DNA of 63,881 bases, counting the filler, from Piptocephalis cylindrospora (Eukaryota): assembly GCA_003614145.1 (NCBI GenBank). It is 8 parts of 8 records of this genome, joined end to end, with 100 filler letters (N's around TTAATTAATTAA, not from the genome) between each part and the next. Parts side by side here need not be neighbours in the genome. Positions count along the whole stretch, not along the records: positions 32,300 to 40,185 come from KZ988180.1; positions 40,286 to 48,050 come from KZ988181.1; 6 more parts are not named here. One strand, written 5' to 3'. Of the stretch, positions 34,139 through 46,465 are shown in pieces. The notes under the pieces were generated by a model, which worked only from the letters and a program-made list of their open reading frames with translations, was not told the origin of the DNA and made no database searches. The position numbers and the translations under genes are program-made. The stretch's first letter is position 1; each line of letters starts with the position of its first letter.

Positions 34139-36435
34139 ATTGGGATGGGGAAGATTGAGTTATGGGTATCAAGGTACTCTAGGCGGAATTGAGGAATGAT
34201 TGATGCAGCAGACGGCGATAATGAAAGATTCAGAGAAAAGAGATGCTGGTACCGTAAATATTTCATCACTTAGAAGACTTGAACCCAAACCATTTATAGC
34301 TAATTCTGTGTGACAAAAGGGTCGGATAAGGATGATGAGTAAGTGAGCTTGTATTTCAAACAACGGCGGTGGTCCATCTGCAGTGTCTTCATCCTGCACC
34401 GGAGATCAGCCCGCAGGCGCGATAAGCAGGCAAGGGTAGAGAAAATACAATGTGAGATCTACGATGGATGTTGTAAACCCATTGCATTCCGCACCCGTCC
34501 TTGTGCATAAAGGGTGAGATTACTGAGTCTTGTATGCAACCATCGATTTTCCCAAGGAAAAGAAGCTTTTAGACAGTCTGAGCTTCTTTTACCCCCTAAA
34601 ACGATGAGAATTGGGAAGCAGTATGGGTGAATAGATAATCCAGAGGAATCACAGATTGATGATCATTGTCTTGATTTGCTTGAATAATTATACTACATTA
34701 CCCTCTCCATCCCATTTTATTGTTGTGAATTCGCTGTGGGCTCAAGGCAGAGTTATCGTAAAAAAGGAGCGCCGAGCTCATTCGTCACGCAACTCTGGTA
34801 GCATGTCGACCTATGAATGATTGAAAGCCCTCAAGTAATATCCAATGTGAGAGATTGAGGGGGGGGGAGGAGGGGGAAATATACGAGCGGATGGGTTTAA
34901 TGGATGTATACTGATGAACCCTTTCACAACTGGGAATAGGCAAGGAGGTGGTGAAGATGGAGCAGAGGGGCGAGAGGAATGGAGCTGTAAAATGCCTTTC
35001 TTTCCCCCCTCTCTTTCTCTCCCATGATACATTCAACCTTCTCCTTCCTTACTGTATCACTCATCCAGCTCATCGCCTTTCCTTTTCCAACGGGTGGCTC
35101 TTCTTGTTTCCTCACTTTCCCACATCTGCCGTGCACACATAAGCATGAATACATATTTATTTCAATTCCTTCCATCTGCAATTCATACCTTATTTACATC
35201 TGATTAACATTATCTAGATTTATAATATTGTATTAAAACAAGCATGTGTTTAGAAAAAGATAGATAAGGCTAGAGAAGAGATAAACAAACTCTTGGGTGT
35301 ATTTTCCCCATATAATGATATATTTTTCGACAAGAAGATGAGAGCTTGGATATGTTCTTCCAATACCCTATCCTACTGAGTAATTCAAATACAGAGACCA
35401 GGTCTGGGGTATGAGAATAAGCGAGTCGATCCTATGAAAACCCCCTACCGCTCAGTGAAGAGGCGATAGCCCATATGGGTCTGATGCCCCCCTGGTGGGG
35501 CGAGTGACTACGAATCTAGGGCTTGTCGCTCCGAATGGAAGGTTCTGGGATCATACGGCCTGCCCGTATAAATAGATTGCCAAGAAGAAATTGGAAACAC
35601 GCCGCGCTTATCACAAAAACTACTGGGTCCTTTGCGAACGTGGTACGAAGTAGCGCATCTGGCTCTCGGAAAATCGACCGATTTATATTGGTACCTTGGC
35701 ACATGTGTTTGCCAATCAGAATTTAGGTAGTACAGAGTATGTAACCAACCATGGTCATGAGATATCATGAGGGAGGGGAGTACTTGATACTGGCCTTCTA
35801 TGTATGCCACGGACAAGGCAAGGCACCCTGCCTCTGGTGCATTCCAGCTTGGATGAGGATATCAAAGGGGTCAGTGTAAGGTTTTCTGTATCCTTTTCTG
35901 TACGACCTAGTAACCCCGCTTCCCATCTCCCTTGCTGTCGACCATGACCATCCTGGGTGACTCGGTCAATGACAAGTGTGAGGTGCACTGGAGGCGCGGG
36001 TCTCGTGAAATCTCCGACATGGCCACCCCATCACCAATCCCCGCCCGACCTTTGAGGATGTACTGCATCCCGGTTCGTCCATCTTGTGCTGGATCTTCCA
36101 AGTCCTCAAAAGATTAGAGTGCCATGGAGTCAGGGTCATGCTCTCTGCATTCGGGCATCTTTCTCTACCTAGCAGAAATGTTAAGTTTTCTATCATGAAG
36201 ATCATTCGTACGTATGGGCCCTGGCCAGATCTGGGACCTCATCCTGCTTTCCTTTTATAACCAGCATTTCTTGTACGTCTCCTTGGTGCCTTTCACACTC
36301 ACCGCTCTTTCTTTACCCTGCCAGCCAAACTATCTACATACAGCGTTACTCCTCCGCGGGGTGTCTCTGGTTCAGTTCTGTCGCTTCCCCTTATCCATCC
36401 CCACTCAGCCGTCACTATACTGTATCTTTCCACTC

Positions 36436-37746
36436 ATGGCTTCTCCTCGCCATGTCCTTGTTATTGGGGGAACCCTGCCCATAGGTCGCCATGTCGTTCA
36501 TCATCTCGTTACCGGCGGTAATTTACCCGAGGGATCGACGATTCGCGTGGTGGACCGGCGATTACTCCCCATGGCCCAACTTAGCCCGGCGCATGAACGC
36601 GCTTTTGCTCAGGTGGAATATATCCAGGCCAATATGGGTAATGTAAAGGCCGTTGAAAGGGTCTTTGCGCGGTCGGATGACTCTGGGGCCCCTAGCTCCT
36701 TTCATTGGGTCTTCAACTGCGCCTCGGACGCTGGGGAATGGGAAGTGGAGGAGGTGTGGAATCAAAGGTTTGTAAAGAGGCCCCTGCTTTGCGCTCGCCA
36801 GGCCGTCCACACCAAGGTTGAGGCGTACATCCATCTATCCTCAGGTAACTTCTACCCAGATGATCCAGAGGGCTTACCCGATGAATCTATGCCCCTGATG
36901 GGTAATGACTACAGTGCAAAGTATACGAGAATAATGGAGGAGACCCTCAAGGAAGTCCCTGGACTTCCTTTGATTATCCTCCGTCCAGCCTTTCCATGGG
37001 GCCTGGAGGACCGATCTTTTACTATGGCCGTCCTCGTATCCTGTGACCTGCATACCCGTGCCGGCGAGCCATGGGTCCTGCTATGGAACAAGTCTCATCG
37101 TATCCAGGGGTGCAACTACACCGACATTGCCCGAGCCTTTACCCATCTGGCCAAGTGGTATGAGTCTGCCAATGTTAGCAAAGATCAGACTGTAGTTTAT
37201 AATCTTGCTGGTACGGCGGAAATTAGTAAGTTATTTATGGGGGGCACTGGGCTGAGGAATAGTTCCTCATCGATTTGTTCACACCCTACCCTTTGCATTG
37301 CCCCGGTATTCCCCTCAACAGCCAGTGTAGAGCTCATGGATTTGTATAAGAGCATCTTCCCTGATCTTTACTTCACTATCCCAGAAAATGAGGAACTCAT
37401 TGGGGATGATGTATCTTTGGAGGTCATGAAGGCAGTGCAGAGCCAAATCAACCGGACGGTCGAGGAAATGTGGCTACGCCTTTTGAACCAGGAAGGTGTC
37501 CAGGATAGTCCGCTTATCCCGTACATCAGCATAGAATTCCTTACTCGTCGTACATTCCGTGTGGATGGATCAGCCATTACGCGCGAGACTGGATTTAATT
37601 ACGAACACGACGGAGCCATCACTGCCGAAGCCATCGGGGCTATCATGCAAGATTATATGGATCGTGGCCTTTGGCCTTCTAGGACTCTTTATAAACCTGC
37701 CCCTAAGAACCCACTCTGTGCTCCCAATAAAACTGGGGCGAATTGA
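36436..37746 (+). CDS. NAD-dependent epimerase/dehydratase (extended SDR-like) protein
   Basis: VLVIGGTLPIGRHVV Rossmann start, VFNCAS, YIHLSS, LIILRPA, VYNLA. Probable in-frame 96-nt intron 37226-37321. Confidence 0.8.
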   Translation: MASPRHVLVIGGTLPIGRHVVHHLVTGGNLPEGSTIRVVDRRLLPMAQLSPAHERAFAQVEYIQANMGNVKAVERVFARSDDSGAPSSFHWVFNCASDAGEWEVEEVWNQRFVKRPLLCARQAVHTKVEAYIHLSSGNFYPDDPEGLPDESMPLMGNDYSAKYTRIMEETLKEVPGLPLIILRPAFPWGLEDRSFTMAVLVSCDLHTRAGEPWVLLWNKSHRIQGCNYTDIARAFTHLAKWYESANVSKDQTVVYNLAGTAEISKLFMGGTGLRNSSSSICSHPTLCIAPVFPSTASVELMDLYKSIFPDLYFTIPENEELIGDDVSLEVMKAVQSQINRTVEEMWLRLLNQEGVQDSPLIPYISIEFLTRRTFRVDGSAITRETGFNYEHDGAITAEAIGAIMQDYMDRGLWPSRTLYKPAPKNPLCAPNKTGAN

Positions 37747-38373
37747 TCATACTGTAAAGAGGCACCATGGGTCATGAGAGACCATGCGTACAGGGCTAAA
37801 ATGAGGGATGGTTAGAAGGGATAGCATGAGGCCTATATCAAACTCCTAGTTGCTTTGGGCTATAATAATAGGATTCTAAGATGATTGTCGTCTCCTAGGG
37901 GGTTTCCCTCCGCTGTTTCTAATGCAGCTTGGGACGCGAAACGAATAAACTCAAGATTATACGCTATGTTGGGTATAGCCCAAAATGTATCGAAAAGAGA
38001 TGTCGCTTGTGTATGAAGATCTCCCTTGAAACAGGAAACCTAAATTATCAAATGGCTAGATGATAATTTCAGGGTCGGAAGACACACCCGGTTATAATTG
38101 ACCAACTCCGCCTTCATAGAGCTCCCCACTCCGATTCAGCGCTTATGAGTATTCTGCTCTAAGTGCCAAGCTATCCTTCAAAGTCCGACCTCTTTCTATG
38201 TCACCTATTCTTCGGATGTCTCTATCACTCCTCAACTCATTCCTCCCCGCATCCTTCTTCCTTGTCTCTCCCTTCGCTCTCCCCTCCTCCTTCCTCATCT
38301 CCCTCCTATTCACCCTCTCCTTTCTCTATAACCCCTTTCTGCTTTCTATTCCTTCCCTCACAAATCTTTCATC

Positions 38374-39990
38374 ATGAGGGCCTCCCCCCTTCTCTTCCTC
38401 GCTCTCTCCGCATGGGTCCAGGCTGGTCCTACTGACCCTTGCACCACTATGTTGGCGGCCCTATCGTCCAAAGGCTTCTTAGCTCCCTCCGTTGTTCGTC
38501 CTTGTTATGAATATTTCGAGTACGATCCAGTCCAAGCAAATGAGACGATCGCCGCTCTCCGGTCTATCCTGGAGAATGAATATATCTTTCTGGAGGCCCT
38601 CGCTCACCCCCCGGACGAGTCAGTTCAAATGCCTGTAGACATTTTGGCTAACGTGGAGCTTGCCCTGAAAAAAAATCACACAACGGATCTTTCCTTCCAG
38701 GAAGACGTATCTCAGGCTCTGGTCGGGGCCAACGATGGACACCTGTCATACGATCCTTTGTGCTATCGTACCATCCTCTTCAATCAGCCTCTTTTCATGG
38801 CCATGGTAGCTGGAGAGAATTATGAACCTCTGGTGGTGATCTACACGGTGGATATCGCCTCGGAGAAGACACTCGGCAAGTACATTGGTAGTATCGTCAG
38901 GACCATTGATGGAAAAGACGCCAATGAGGTACTGACAGCGTACTCCAATGACATGGTCGGTACTTGCAAAGACCCTCAGACCCGACTGACCAAGACCCTG
39001 TCCTCCACCTACTATGATGGAAACAACTTTGTGTATGATCGTGGGGCCTTCGCCCAACGCAGAGTTATTCCCGAGAAGGACGCTGTCACATACGGCCTCA
39101 CAGATCCCAAAACCAAGAGGCGCTTTGAGCTCACACTCAATTGGAACGGCTACATCACGGAGGGTCTTGTTGGTCCTCAGCAGGACGTCCCCTTCACTGA
39201 TGCTAGATCGTACATGAAGGCTTATTGTAGCCCCAGGCTCCCCAAGGCCCCAAAACAGGACCCATCGATCGAGAAGCGCAATAGCACCTCGAAGGTGGCG
39301 AGCTCTGATCTTTTCCTTAAACAGGCCAATTTCCCTATTCCAAAGACGAGTGTTGCCCATGCTCGATTGAATATGACCTCTACCCCATCGAGTGCCAGTG
39401 TAGGGGGGAACATCGGGCCTCAGAACGCCGGAAGAGATGAGAAGGATAAACTCGTCAACGGGTCGCCCTCGCTAAGAGAAGTACAGGATTCTACAGGAAA
39501 GCAATCGACGAATGGAACGAGTGATACAACCTCCTCCGAAGAGATGAACGAGATGATGGCATCGTTGAAGAATATCAGTACGCCTATTCTTTCTGGGCCC
39601 GGGTTCGGATTTTTCCTATTGGATGATCCTATTAGTGGCGGGATCCTTTCCATCAGCACTTTTAACGGGGGGGACAATGACCAAGGAGATGTCCAAGGTC
39701 TCTGGCTTCAGCAAATGGCCAAGGGTATGGAGACATTTAAGCGATTTGGGGTGAAGAAGTTGATTCTTGATCTCACCAATAACGGTGGAGGGACAACGTG
39801 TCTTTCGAGCGTTCTCTCGGCCTTGCTCGACCCTGCCCCGGATATGCCCTTCCCCACGTCGCGGATGCCCTTTTTCACCAACCTGTTGGTCAGCCCGGTG
39901 GTGGAACAGATAAGTAAGTCGGCCATTGCGTCGAACACCTACTCCCCCTTCCTCGTCACTTCCTACATAAACCCCGAAACGGGAGTCCGC
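38374..39990 (+). CDS. Secreted S41-family (CPAF-like) peptidase, 3' part disrupted
   Basis: Signal peptide, ANDGHLSY, GILSISTF, KKLILDLTNNGGG. The catalytic-Ser region is not reached before the inversion and gap. Confidence 0.85.
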
Positions 39991-40185
39991 GGATCCGATC
40001 GGCCTCAGTAGCATTGCTCTGGGCTAGTGTTCGGTTCGGCATAAGAATGCCACTCTCTTGCATGGAAACCAACATCATGTCAAGTGTGGTCACTGCCCCT
40101 CCCGCATACGTCCAAGGAGAAGGAAGGAACTTTTGATCACTGGTTGGATAAGTGGCCGAGGTCACCAGGACCTTGGCTCGTGTTA

Positions 40186-40285
40186 NNNNNNNNNNNNNNN
40201 NNNNNNNNNNNNNNNNNNNNNNNNNNNNNTTAATTAATTAANNNNNNNNNNNNNNNNNNNNNNNNNNNNNNNNNNNNNNNNNNNN
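40186..40285. other. Artificial contig linker
   Basis: N44-TTAATTAATTAA-N44. Confidence 0.99.
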
Positions 40286-40344
40286 GAGAGATTAGGATTT
40301 AGGAGATACTAGAGGAGGGTAAGGAGTATATAAAAAACACGTAC

Positions 40345-41661
40345 TTGGTGGCAGTAGCATCGCCAAGGGCCCAGATGTTCTCAGCGCCACTGACACGGAG
40401 ATGGTCATCGATGACAAGACCCCGTCGTTGGTTCTGGATATTGGCACCAATCTTGGTAGCGAGGTCGCGGATGAGAGGACGCATGGTGTTACCGGTGGCC
40501 CAGACCAGGAGACCATAGGGGATGGTGCGTTCCGAGCCATCGGGGTCCTTGACGGTGATCTGCTTTTGCTCAACTTTCTTGACCATGGTCTTGGTGAGGA
40601 CGTCAATATGGTGCTCTTTGAAGGTGGACTCGGTATAGTCGATGAGCTGCTTGGAGAAGGCCTGGAGGACGGAGGGAAGGGCCTCGACCAGGGTGATGCG
40701 TACCCGACCGGAAAGATCCGGGTACCAGGTGACGAGATCCTCGGTGAGAAAGTCGTGAAGCTCAGCGGCATACTCAACGCCAGTAGGACCTCCGCCTACG
40801 ACGACCATGTGAAGGAGACGGTCGACCTCCTCGTCGGGCTGACCAGGGACCGTGGCGGTCTCGAGACAATCCATCAGACGGGTCCGAATCTTGCGACCAT
40901 CCCAGATCTCCTTAAGGAAGCAGGCAAACTCACGGACGCCAGGAATGCCAAAGGTGGCGTTTTCAGCTCCGACGGCGACGATCAGATGATCGTATGGGAT
41001 GATGCCGCCAGCCACGGATCCGACGATCTCGGAGGTGTCGGAGAATCGAAGGGTCTTGGTGTCGGGATCGATGCTGGTGCACTCGGCCTCGAGGACACGG
41101 ACGGCGCGTCGCTTGTGACGAGTAAAAAAGCGGATGGGCTCCATGATGGATCTGGGCTCGACAGTCCCGACGGTGGTTGAGGGGAGAAGAGGGGTGAAGA
41201 GAAAGTAGTTCTTGGGGGATACTACAATGACATTGTAATGCTCCGTGTCCAGACCCTTGAGGAAGGATGTGGCACCCCAACCGGTTCCTAGAATCACCAA
41301 AGTCTCCTTGTCTGGGTCAGGGAGTTCCTGCACCCCAGGATGTCTAGCCTGGTACAGGGCTGTGGGGACGGAGGGTGGGGGGGGGAGAGGAGGGTGAGAG
41401 GGGCAAGAGGAGAGGGAGGGGCCTAGAGAAAGATGACTTACCCATGCCGCCGTACCCAAGCGCCACCAGGGTGGAGCCATAGATGACACGACCGGTGAAG
41501 CGGGCCCGACGGAACCACTTTCCTGGCCCAGGGCTGGGACTAGGGCTAGGGTTGGGTAGGGAGGAGGCCAAGCGGGACTGAAGGGGCCGACCAAGGGGGC
41601 CGACAAGGCCTGGGGAGGTGGAGGCTAATCGACGGGCTGTCTGTCGTGCAGCAGCAAACAT
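40345..41661 (-). CDS. NDE1: Type II (external) mitochondrial NADH dehydrogenase, 3' truncated
   Basis: Presequence MFAAARQTARRL, intron 41441-41360, LVILGTGWG, NYFLFTPLLPS, VVVGGGPTGVEYAAEL, IWALGD. Confidence 0.92.
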
Positions 41662-41859
41662 GTCAGCTGTATGAGGAGGGTTGAGGGAGGGAGGAAGGGA
41701 GGGAGGAAGGGAGGGAGAAAGAAAAAAAGAGTGACTTTACCTGCAATGCTGGGTGGGCGTACGTATGCGCGAGGATGACTGAGTGCTGGGCTTGGGTGGG
41801 TGGGTGGAGGGAGATCTTGATGCATCAAGGGGAGATGCTTGACTGACTGAGAGATCCTT

Positions 41860-42186
41860 GTGCTTCGGCATCTCTAGAGATGCGTGCTATCTCGCTCGTG
41901 CTGCCCAGGGATTCCAGAGCACACTGCGCAAGCCCCCAGCCCAGTTCAGGCAGGGATCGGAGTGGGCTGGCGTCGACTGCGGAGCCTCACACTGGGAGAA
42001 AGGTCGCAATCCTTTCATGGTGGCGGCTGACGACGTGTCGGTTCGTCAGATGGCCTCGTATCCGGGCCTAAGAGGGCCGCCATACTTTGTGTGGATCTGT
42101 AAGCAAGTGGGGTTTCTCCACTGGGCAGAGTGCGGTTCTGGTCTCTCCAGGGCAGCCCCCAAGCCCTGGACAGATCCTTCCCTTTT
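41860..42186 (+). ncRNA. Candidate structured non-coding RNA of unknown family
   Basis: About ten nested complementary stems in 330 nt, a 5' GTGC-TTCG-GCAT hairpin and a terminal TTTT. No family-diagnostic motif found; strand inferred from G-U pairs. Confidence 0.4.
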
Positions 42187-42877
42187 AGGTACGTTTCACG
42201 AAATATTGGGTAATTTGACACAAAATCACCGCTGGCGCACCGCTTTTTGTCTACCAAATCATCCTATCACCGCCTTTACCAGCTTTGGGTAGGGTGCTAC
42301 TGCTCGGGCCAAAGATTTACCGTTCCTATCTCTTTCCAACATGAGAGCACTAGAAAAGGCATGTAGACAAAGCTTCAGTGTGTACTTGACTATACGTCAG
42401 CATCCTTGATAAACGCCCTTTCCCTCAAAGTCAATGGGTACTGCTTCAATAAGACAGCAGCACCCCCCATGAACCCTCCTGCTCAATGCCTACTCAATAG
42501 ATAATGGGAGAGGCACTGGGGAATAACATGTCTTTTCCTCGGCGTGCTATCGTCTTCTACTGGCGCAAGGGAGAAGGAGTGACTCATGTTCTAAGCATGC
42601 ATGGTCACGCCAAATAGTTTTGGCTAGCATAGAGCATGGAAGAGCAAGGAATGATGACTCGTACACTCGATTTACCTGTTATGATCAGTCGGATACACGT
42701 TACTGAGCTGACACGTTCCTAGACACGCACACACATGTGTGAATGTGGTCCAAGCCAAAATCCACCGCGTAGGGCCCTCTCCCTAGCAGCACAAGGATCA
42801 AAAGTACCCCCTCTCTCCCTTGCCAAGACATCAAGCACCGCCCTTACCCCTCTTCCCTTTCTCCCCGCCTATTAAGC

Positions 42878-44350
42878 ATGACCCGATTAGATGAATTGCC
42901 GATAGATGTCCTATTCCTCCTCCACGGATTCCTACAACCAAGGGATGCCCTGGCCTTGGGCCAGACGTGCCGTGGACTCTGGAAGAGCCTGGGGGTCACA
43001 GGGGCTTTGATATATCGCAGTCCACCGACTGGCGCGTTCACGCGATCCGAGGGGCCCTTTCCCCCTGCATACCTTGCCTTTCCCCGCGGCTTGGGGGAGC
43101 TGAGCGGGGATCAAACTTGGAGATGGTTAAGTCGACTCGTGTACCACGAGACCGTGGAGGCTTCCTGGTCCTCACACATCCAAGGATCCATGAGAAATCC
43201 CTTGCCAAGACCCTTTCGACACGGACAACTTCTTGAACTGGCCCCAGCCACGCGTCCTGGCCTTCATTGTACCGAGGAGAGCTTGATAGCGGCGTACAAC
43301 CAGACCCTACATCTGCTCCCAGCCACGGGGGTCTCCTTTTCGGGGGCCCACTACCAAGGCAAAGTCATCCAGGATCAGCCACAGAAACAGAACCAGCATA
43401 CACCCTTCTCTAAAACCCAAGTTTCAGCCATGTCCCCGGGGATGGGAGAAGATGTGTACCTTGGAGATACGCATGGAGGTATTGCTCGATGGTCAGTATC
43501 GACGATGAAGATGGAGGGAGGGAGCATCCAAAAGGCCTGGGGCAGCTGTCCATCTTCATCGGCTATTCAATCTCTCTCAGGGACACCCAACGGATGTTGG
43601 TCTACCTCCCTGGATCAAATCCTTCGACTCTGGGACGACAAGGGCCATGTCAGGGCCGAAGTGCCCTTGGGCTCCCGACCCTGGTCTTCCCTCTCCCTGG
43701 CCAGTGGGGAGGATCGGGTGGTTGTGGGGAAGGATGGGAGGGGCAGCCAGAATCTCGTTCTCTATGCCAAAACCTCCAGCGGGATAGAAAGGGTCAGGGA
43801 TCTTGGGGTGAATCGATCGGCCATCTACGGGCTCTCTCAGCCTCGACGCCCCTCCTGGCTCCACCCCGGGGGAGGCCAGTCCCAGGCGGATGTCTTTGCC
43901 AGCGCAAGCTTTGATGGATCAGCCTGTCTATGGGACCTACGGAGGTCTCAGGCCATGGTCACCTCCTTAGAAAGTACTCTGAATGATGATCCCCTCTATA
44001 GTGTGTGCTGGGATGGGTGGAGGGTGGGAACGGGTGGAGCCAGGCATGGCCGAGTGGACATATGGGATGTACGGTTCCCTTCCCGGTCCTTGGAGGTCCT
44101 TTCGACTCCTCAATCCCTTGGCTTTGCCTTTGCCGGCAAAGAGGAGTCCCCCGTCTATGCTCTTCATATGGATGGAGCAAGGATTGTGGTGGCCCTGGAA
44201 CGCTCTGTTCAAATGATGTACCTTTCCGGGGTCGTTGGGCAGGATGACTTTGAGGATAGGATGATGAGGGAGGAGGATAAGACGCCATCCTCCAATCGAA
44301 GGGGTAGGAGGAGACGTAGACGGGGTAGGGGTTCAGGGATCTCAAGGTGA
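42878..44350 (+). CDS. F-box/WD40 protein, FBXW4-like
   Basis: N-terminal LDELPIDVLFLL..L.PRDALALGQTCRGL (F-box); WD repeats (ILRLWD, SASFDGSACLWDLR, GRVDIWDVR, SPVYAL). Confidence 0.8.
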   Translation: MTRLDELPIDVLFLLHGFLQPRDALALGQTCRGLWKSLGVTGALIYRSPPTGAFTRSEGPFPPAYLAFPRGLGELSGDQTWRWLSRLVYHETVEASWSSHIQGSMRNPLPRPFRHGQLLELAPATRPGLHCTEESLIAAYNQTLHLLPATGVSFSGAHYQGKVIQDQPQKQNQHTPFSKTQVSAMSPGMGEDVYLGDTHGGIARWSVSTMKMEGGSIQKAWGSCPSSSAIQSLSGTPNGCWSTSLDQILRLWDDKGHVRAEVPLGSRPWSSLSLASGEDRVVVGKDGRGSQNLVLYAKTSSGIERVRDLGVNRSAIYGLSQPRRPSWLHPGGGQSQADVFASASFDGSACLWDLRRSQAMVTSLESTLNDDPLYSVCWDGWRVGTGGARHGRVDIWDVRFPSRSLEVLSTPQSLGFAFAGKEESPVYALHMDGARIVVALERSVQMMYLSGVVGQDDFEDRMMREEDKTPSSNRRGRRRRRRGRGSGISR

Positions 44351-45013
44351 AATCAAGGCACACTCGAATCGCCATCCTCGATGTGTATTAGCCTGAGGAG
44401 CATGAATATTGTAGATTTAGAGCCTGGGGACGTGCAAGAAAAGTCGGATGATGAGTTCAAGTCAACATGGAGGACCTAATAATAACATCCCTTTCCTCCC
44501 CAGAGGCTCTTTGCACAAGAGGGATGGCTCTTGCAATGGTCCAACCGCCTTTGATGGATCATACTATTGTTCTCGATGAGCACTCCCCTAAATAATGAAT
44601 TATCATCCATCGACCATCTTGCTCGGGCCGCACGGGACACCAAGGAGCCGAGGGTGTGTGAGTGTGCGAGTTGCCTGGACACGCTATCAAATATGTGTGT
44701 GGGGGGGAGGGAGGCAGAGCGTCTGTGTGGGTCTGTATCTCATACTTGGAGTGGGGAAAGCGGGGCGCATTACCCAGCCCAACCCACCAACCAGCCAGCC
44801 AGAAAGCATATGTCGATACCCTGGCTAAGGTAAGCATCGAGGACGTGATGAATGGTTCTTTATGTCAAGTGTGGGAGAGGAGAAAGGAAGCTCCAAACCC
44901 CTTCTCAACCTGACCTACTCTACATCCCTTCTCCTCGACCCGATTGACTAACGCATCCCTTTCCAAGAGCTGCGCCATCCCACCTACCCCCCAAGAACTT
45001 CAGCAACAAGGCA

Positions 45014-46016
45014 ATGTCAGGTAAGGATAAGAAGAAACAGGCACCAGTCGTGGAGGACGTGGATGACCTAGATGACCTGGTCGAGGAGGTGGCCGAAGGC
45101 TTTAGCCGCCCTGCCTCTCCCAAACCGCAAGAGCAAAAGAAGAAGGAGGGGGGAAACAGCAAGGAGGAGGAGGAGGAGTTTGCACGACATTTGGCCGAGG
45201 AGATGGAAAAACTATGGGTTGATCTAGTCTCCAACGGCTCGTCCACCGACAAGGCCGAAGAGGTTCCTGCAGATATGGAAGCGTTTTTCCAGGTACTGGG
45301 TGGTACGGACAAAGACTCGAAATCATCCTCTGTACCCTCGGCAGGAACAAATACACAGGATAACCCCTCTTCCTCCACCTCAGGGAAAAAGTCCTTTCAG
45401 GAAAAGATGGAAGAGACCATGGGAAGACTACGAGAAAGCTCAGATAAGGCCTCTGAAGCCTCCTCAACACCTATAAATGACGAAGATGCCTTACTTCAGG
45501 AAATGATGCGACACATGGAGGAACTGGCCGGGAAAGAAGGTACTGGGCCGGGTAGAGATACCGTGTGCGGAATGGATAAAATGATGGAAGAGATGATGAG
45601 TCAATTCATGACTCGGGAGGTCCTGTATGAGCCAATGCGCGAATTAGCCAACAAGTATCCGGATTGGCTTCGGGATAAGAAGGGAACTCTGAGCAAGGAA
45701 GAGTACGATCAGTACAAAAAGCAGCTTGGGCACATCCAGGCCATGGTCACCCATTTTGAGTCCTCTTCCTCCTCTGAACCAGACGGGTCGGATCAACAGG
45801 ATCCTGTTATTTCTGAATTGATGGAAAAGGTACGGTGTTCCCTCGTGAGCATGCGCGTGCCATCAGTCCATCTTTCCCCTCATACTTCCCTCTCTCCCTT
45901 CACTGTAGATGCAAGAGTGTGGCCAGCCCCCTGCAGAGCTTTTACAGGATTTGGCCCCAGGCATGGATATGGATGAGGAAGGGATGCCTCAACCTGGAAA
46001 CTGCACCTTGATGTGA
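45014..46016 (+). CDS. PEX19: Peroxisomal membrane protein receptor Pex19
   Basis: DDLDDL N-terminus, MTREVLYEPMRELANKYPDWL, intron 45830-45908, MQECGQPP, C-terminal CaaX CTLM. Confidence 0.95.
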
Positions 46017-46432
46017 GAAGACGAGCATGGCACGTGGACCTCCATGAGGCGATGATGGAAGCGGGGGTGGGAATGTATGCACATTTGGGTCTATTCTGCT
46101 CTTTGGATGAAGGATGCCCTAGGCTATGCTTCTTGGTCATCCCTCGTACTACCCACCCACCTTACTTGATATAATCCTTGAGTCAAAGCCCTCCTATTCA
46201 CTGGGATGGACACGTGCAGATCCTTTTTAACGTGATCCTACTTTGCTCTCGTATCATACCCTATCGAGGATGACTCGACCATCCATCTGGGTGGTTGGTA
46301 TGAATTGGAGAGATCCTCCTTCCCTGGTCAATGTCCACTTCTCTCATACCAAGGTCATTTCCCCTATACCAAGAGACATCTCATGGCATCTCCGTTTATA
46401 CTTGGCTCCATCGACGACATGCATAGCTCTCC

Positions 46433-46465
<33 letters not shown>

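Noticed and set aside
41998..42049. CTGACGA and GAAA as a hammerhead ribozyme core
   Set aside because: Stems I and II cannot be formed in the required order on either strand.
42270..42283. CGCCTTTACCAG resembling U5 snRNA loop 1
   Set aside because: Only three T instead of GCCTTTTAC, and no Sm site at the right distance.
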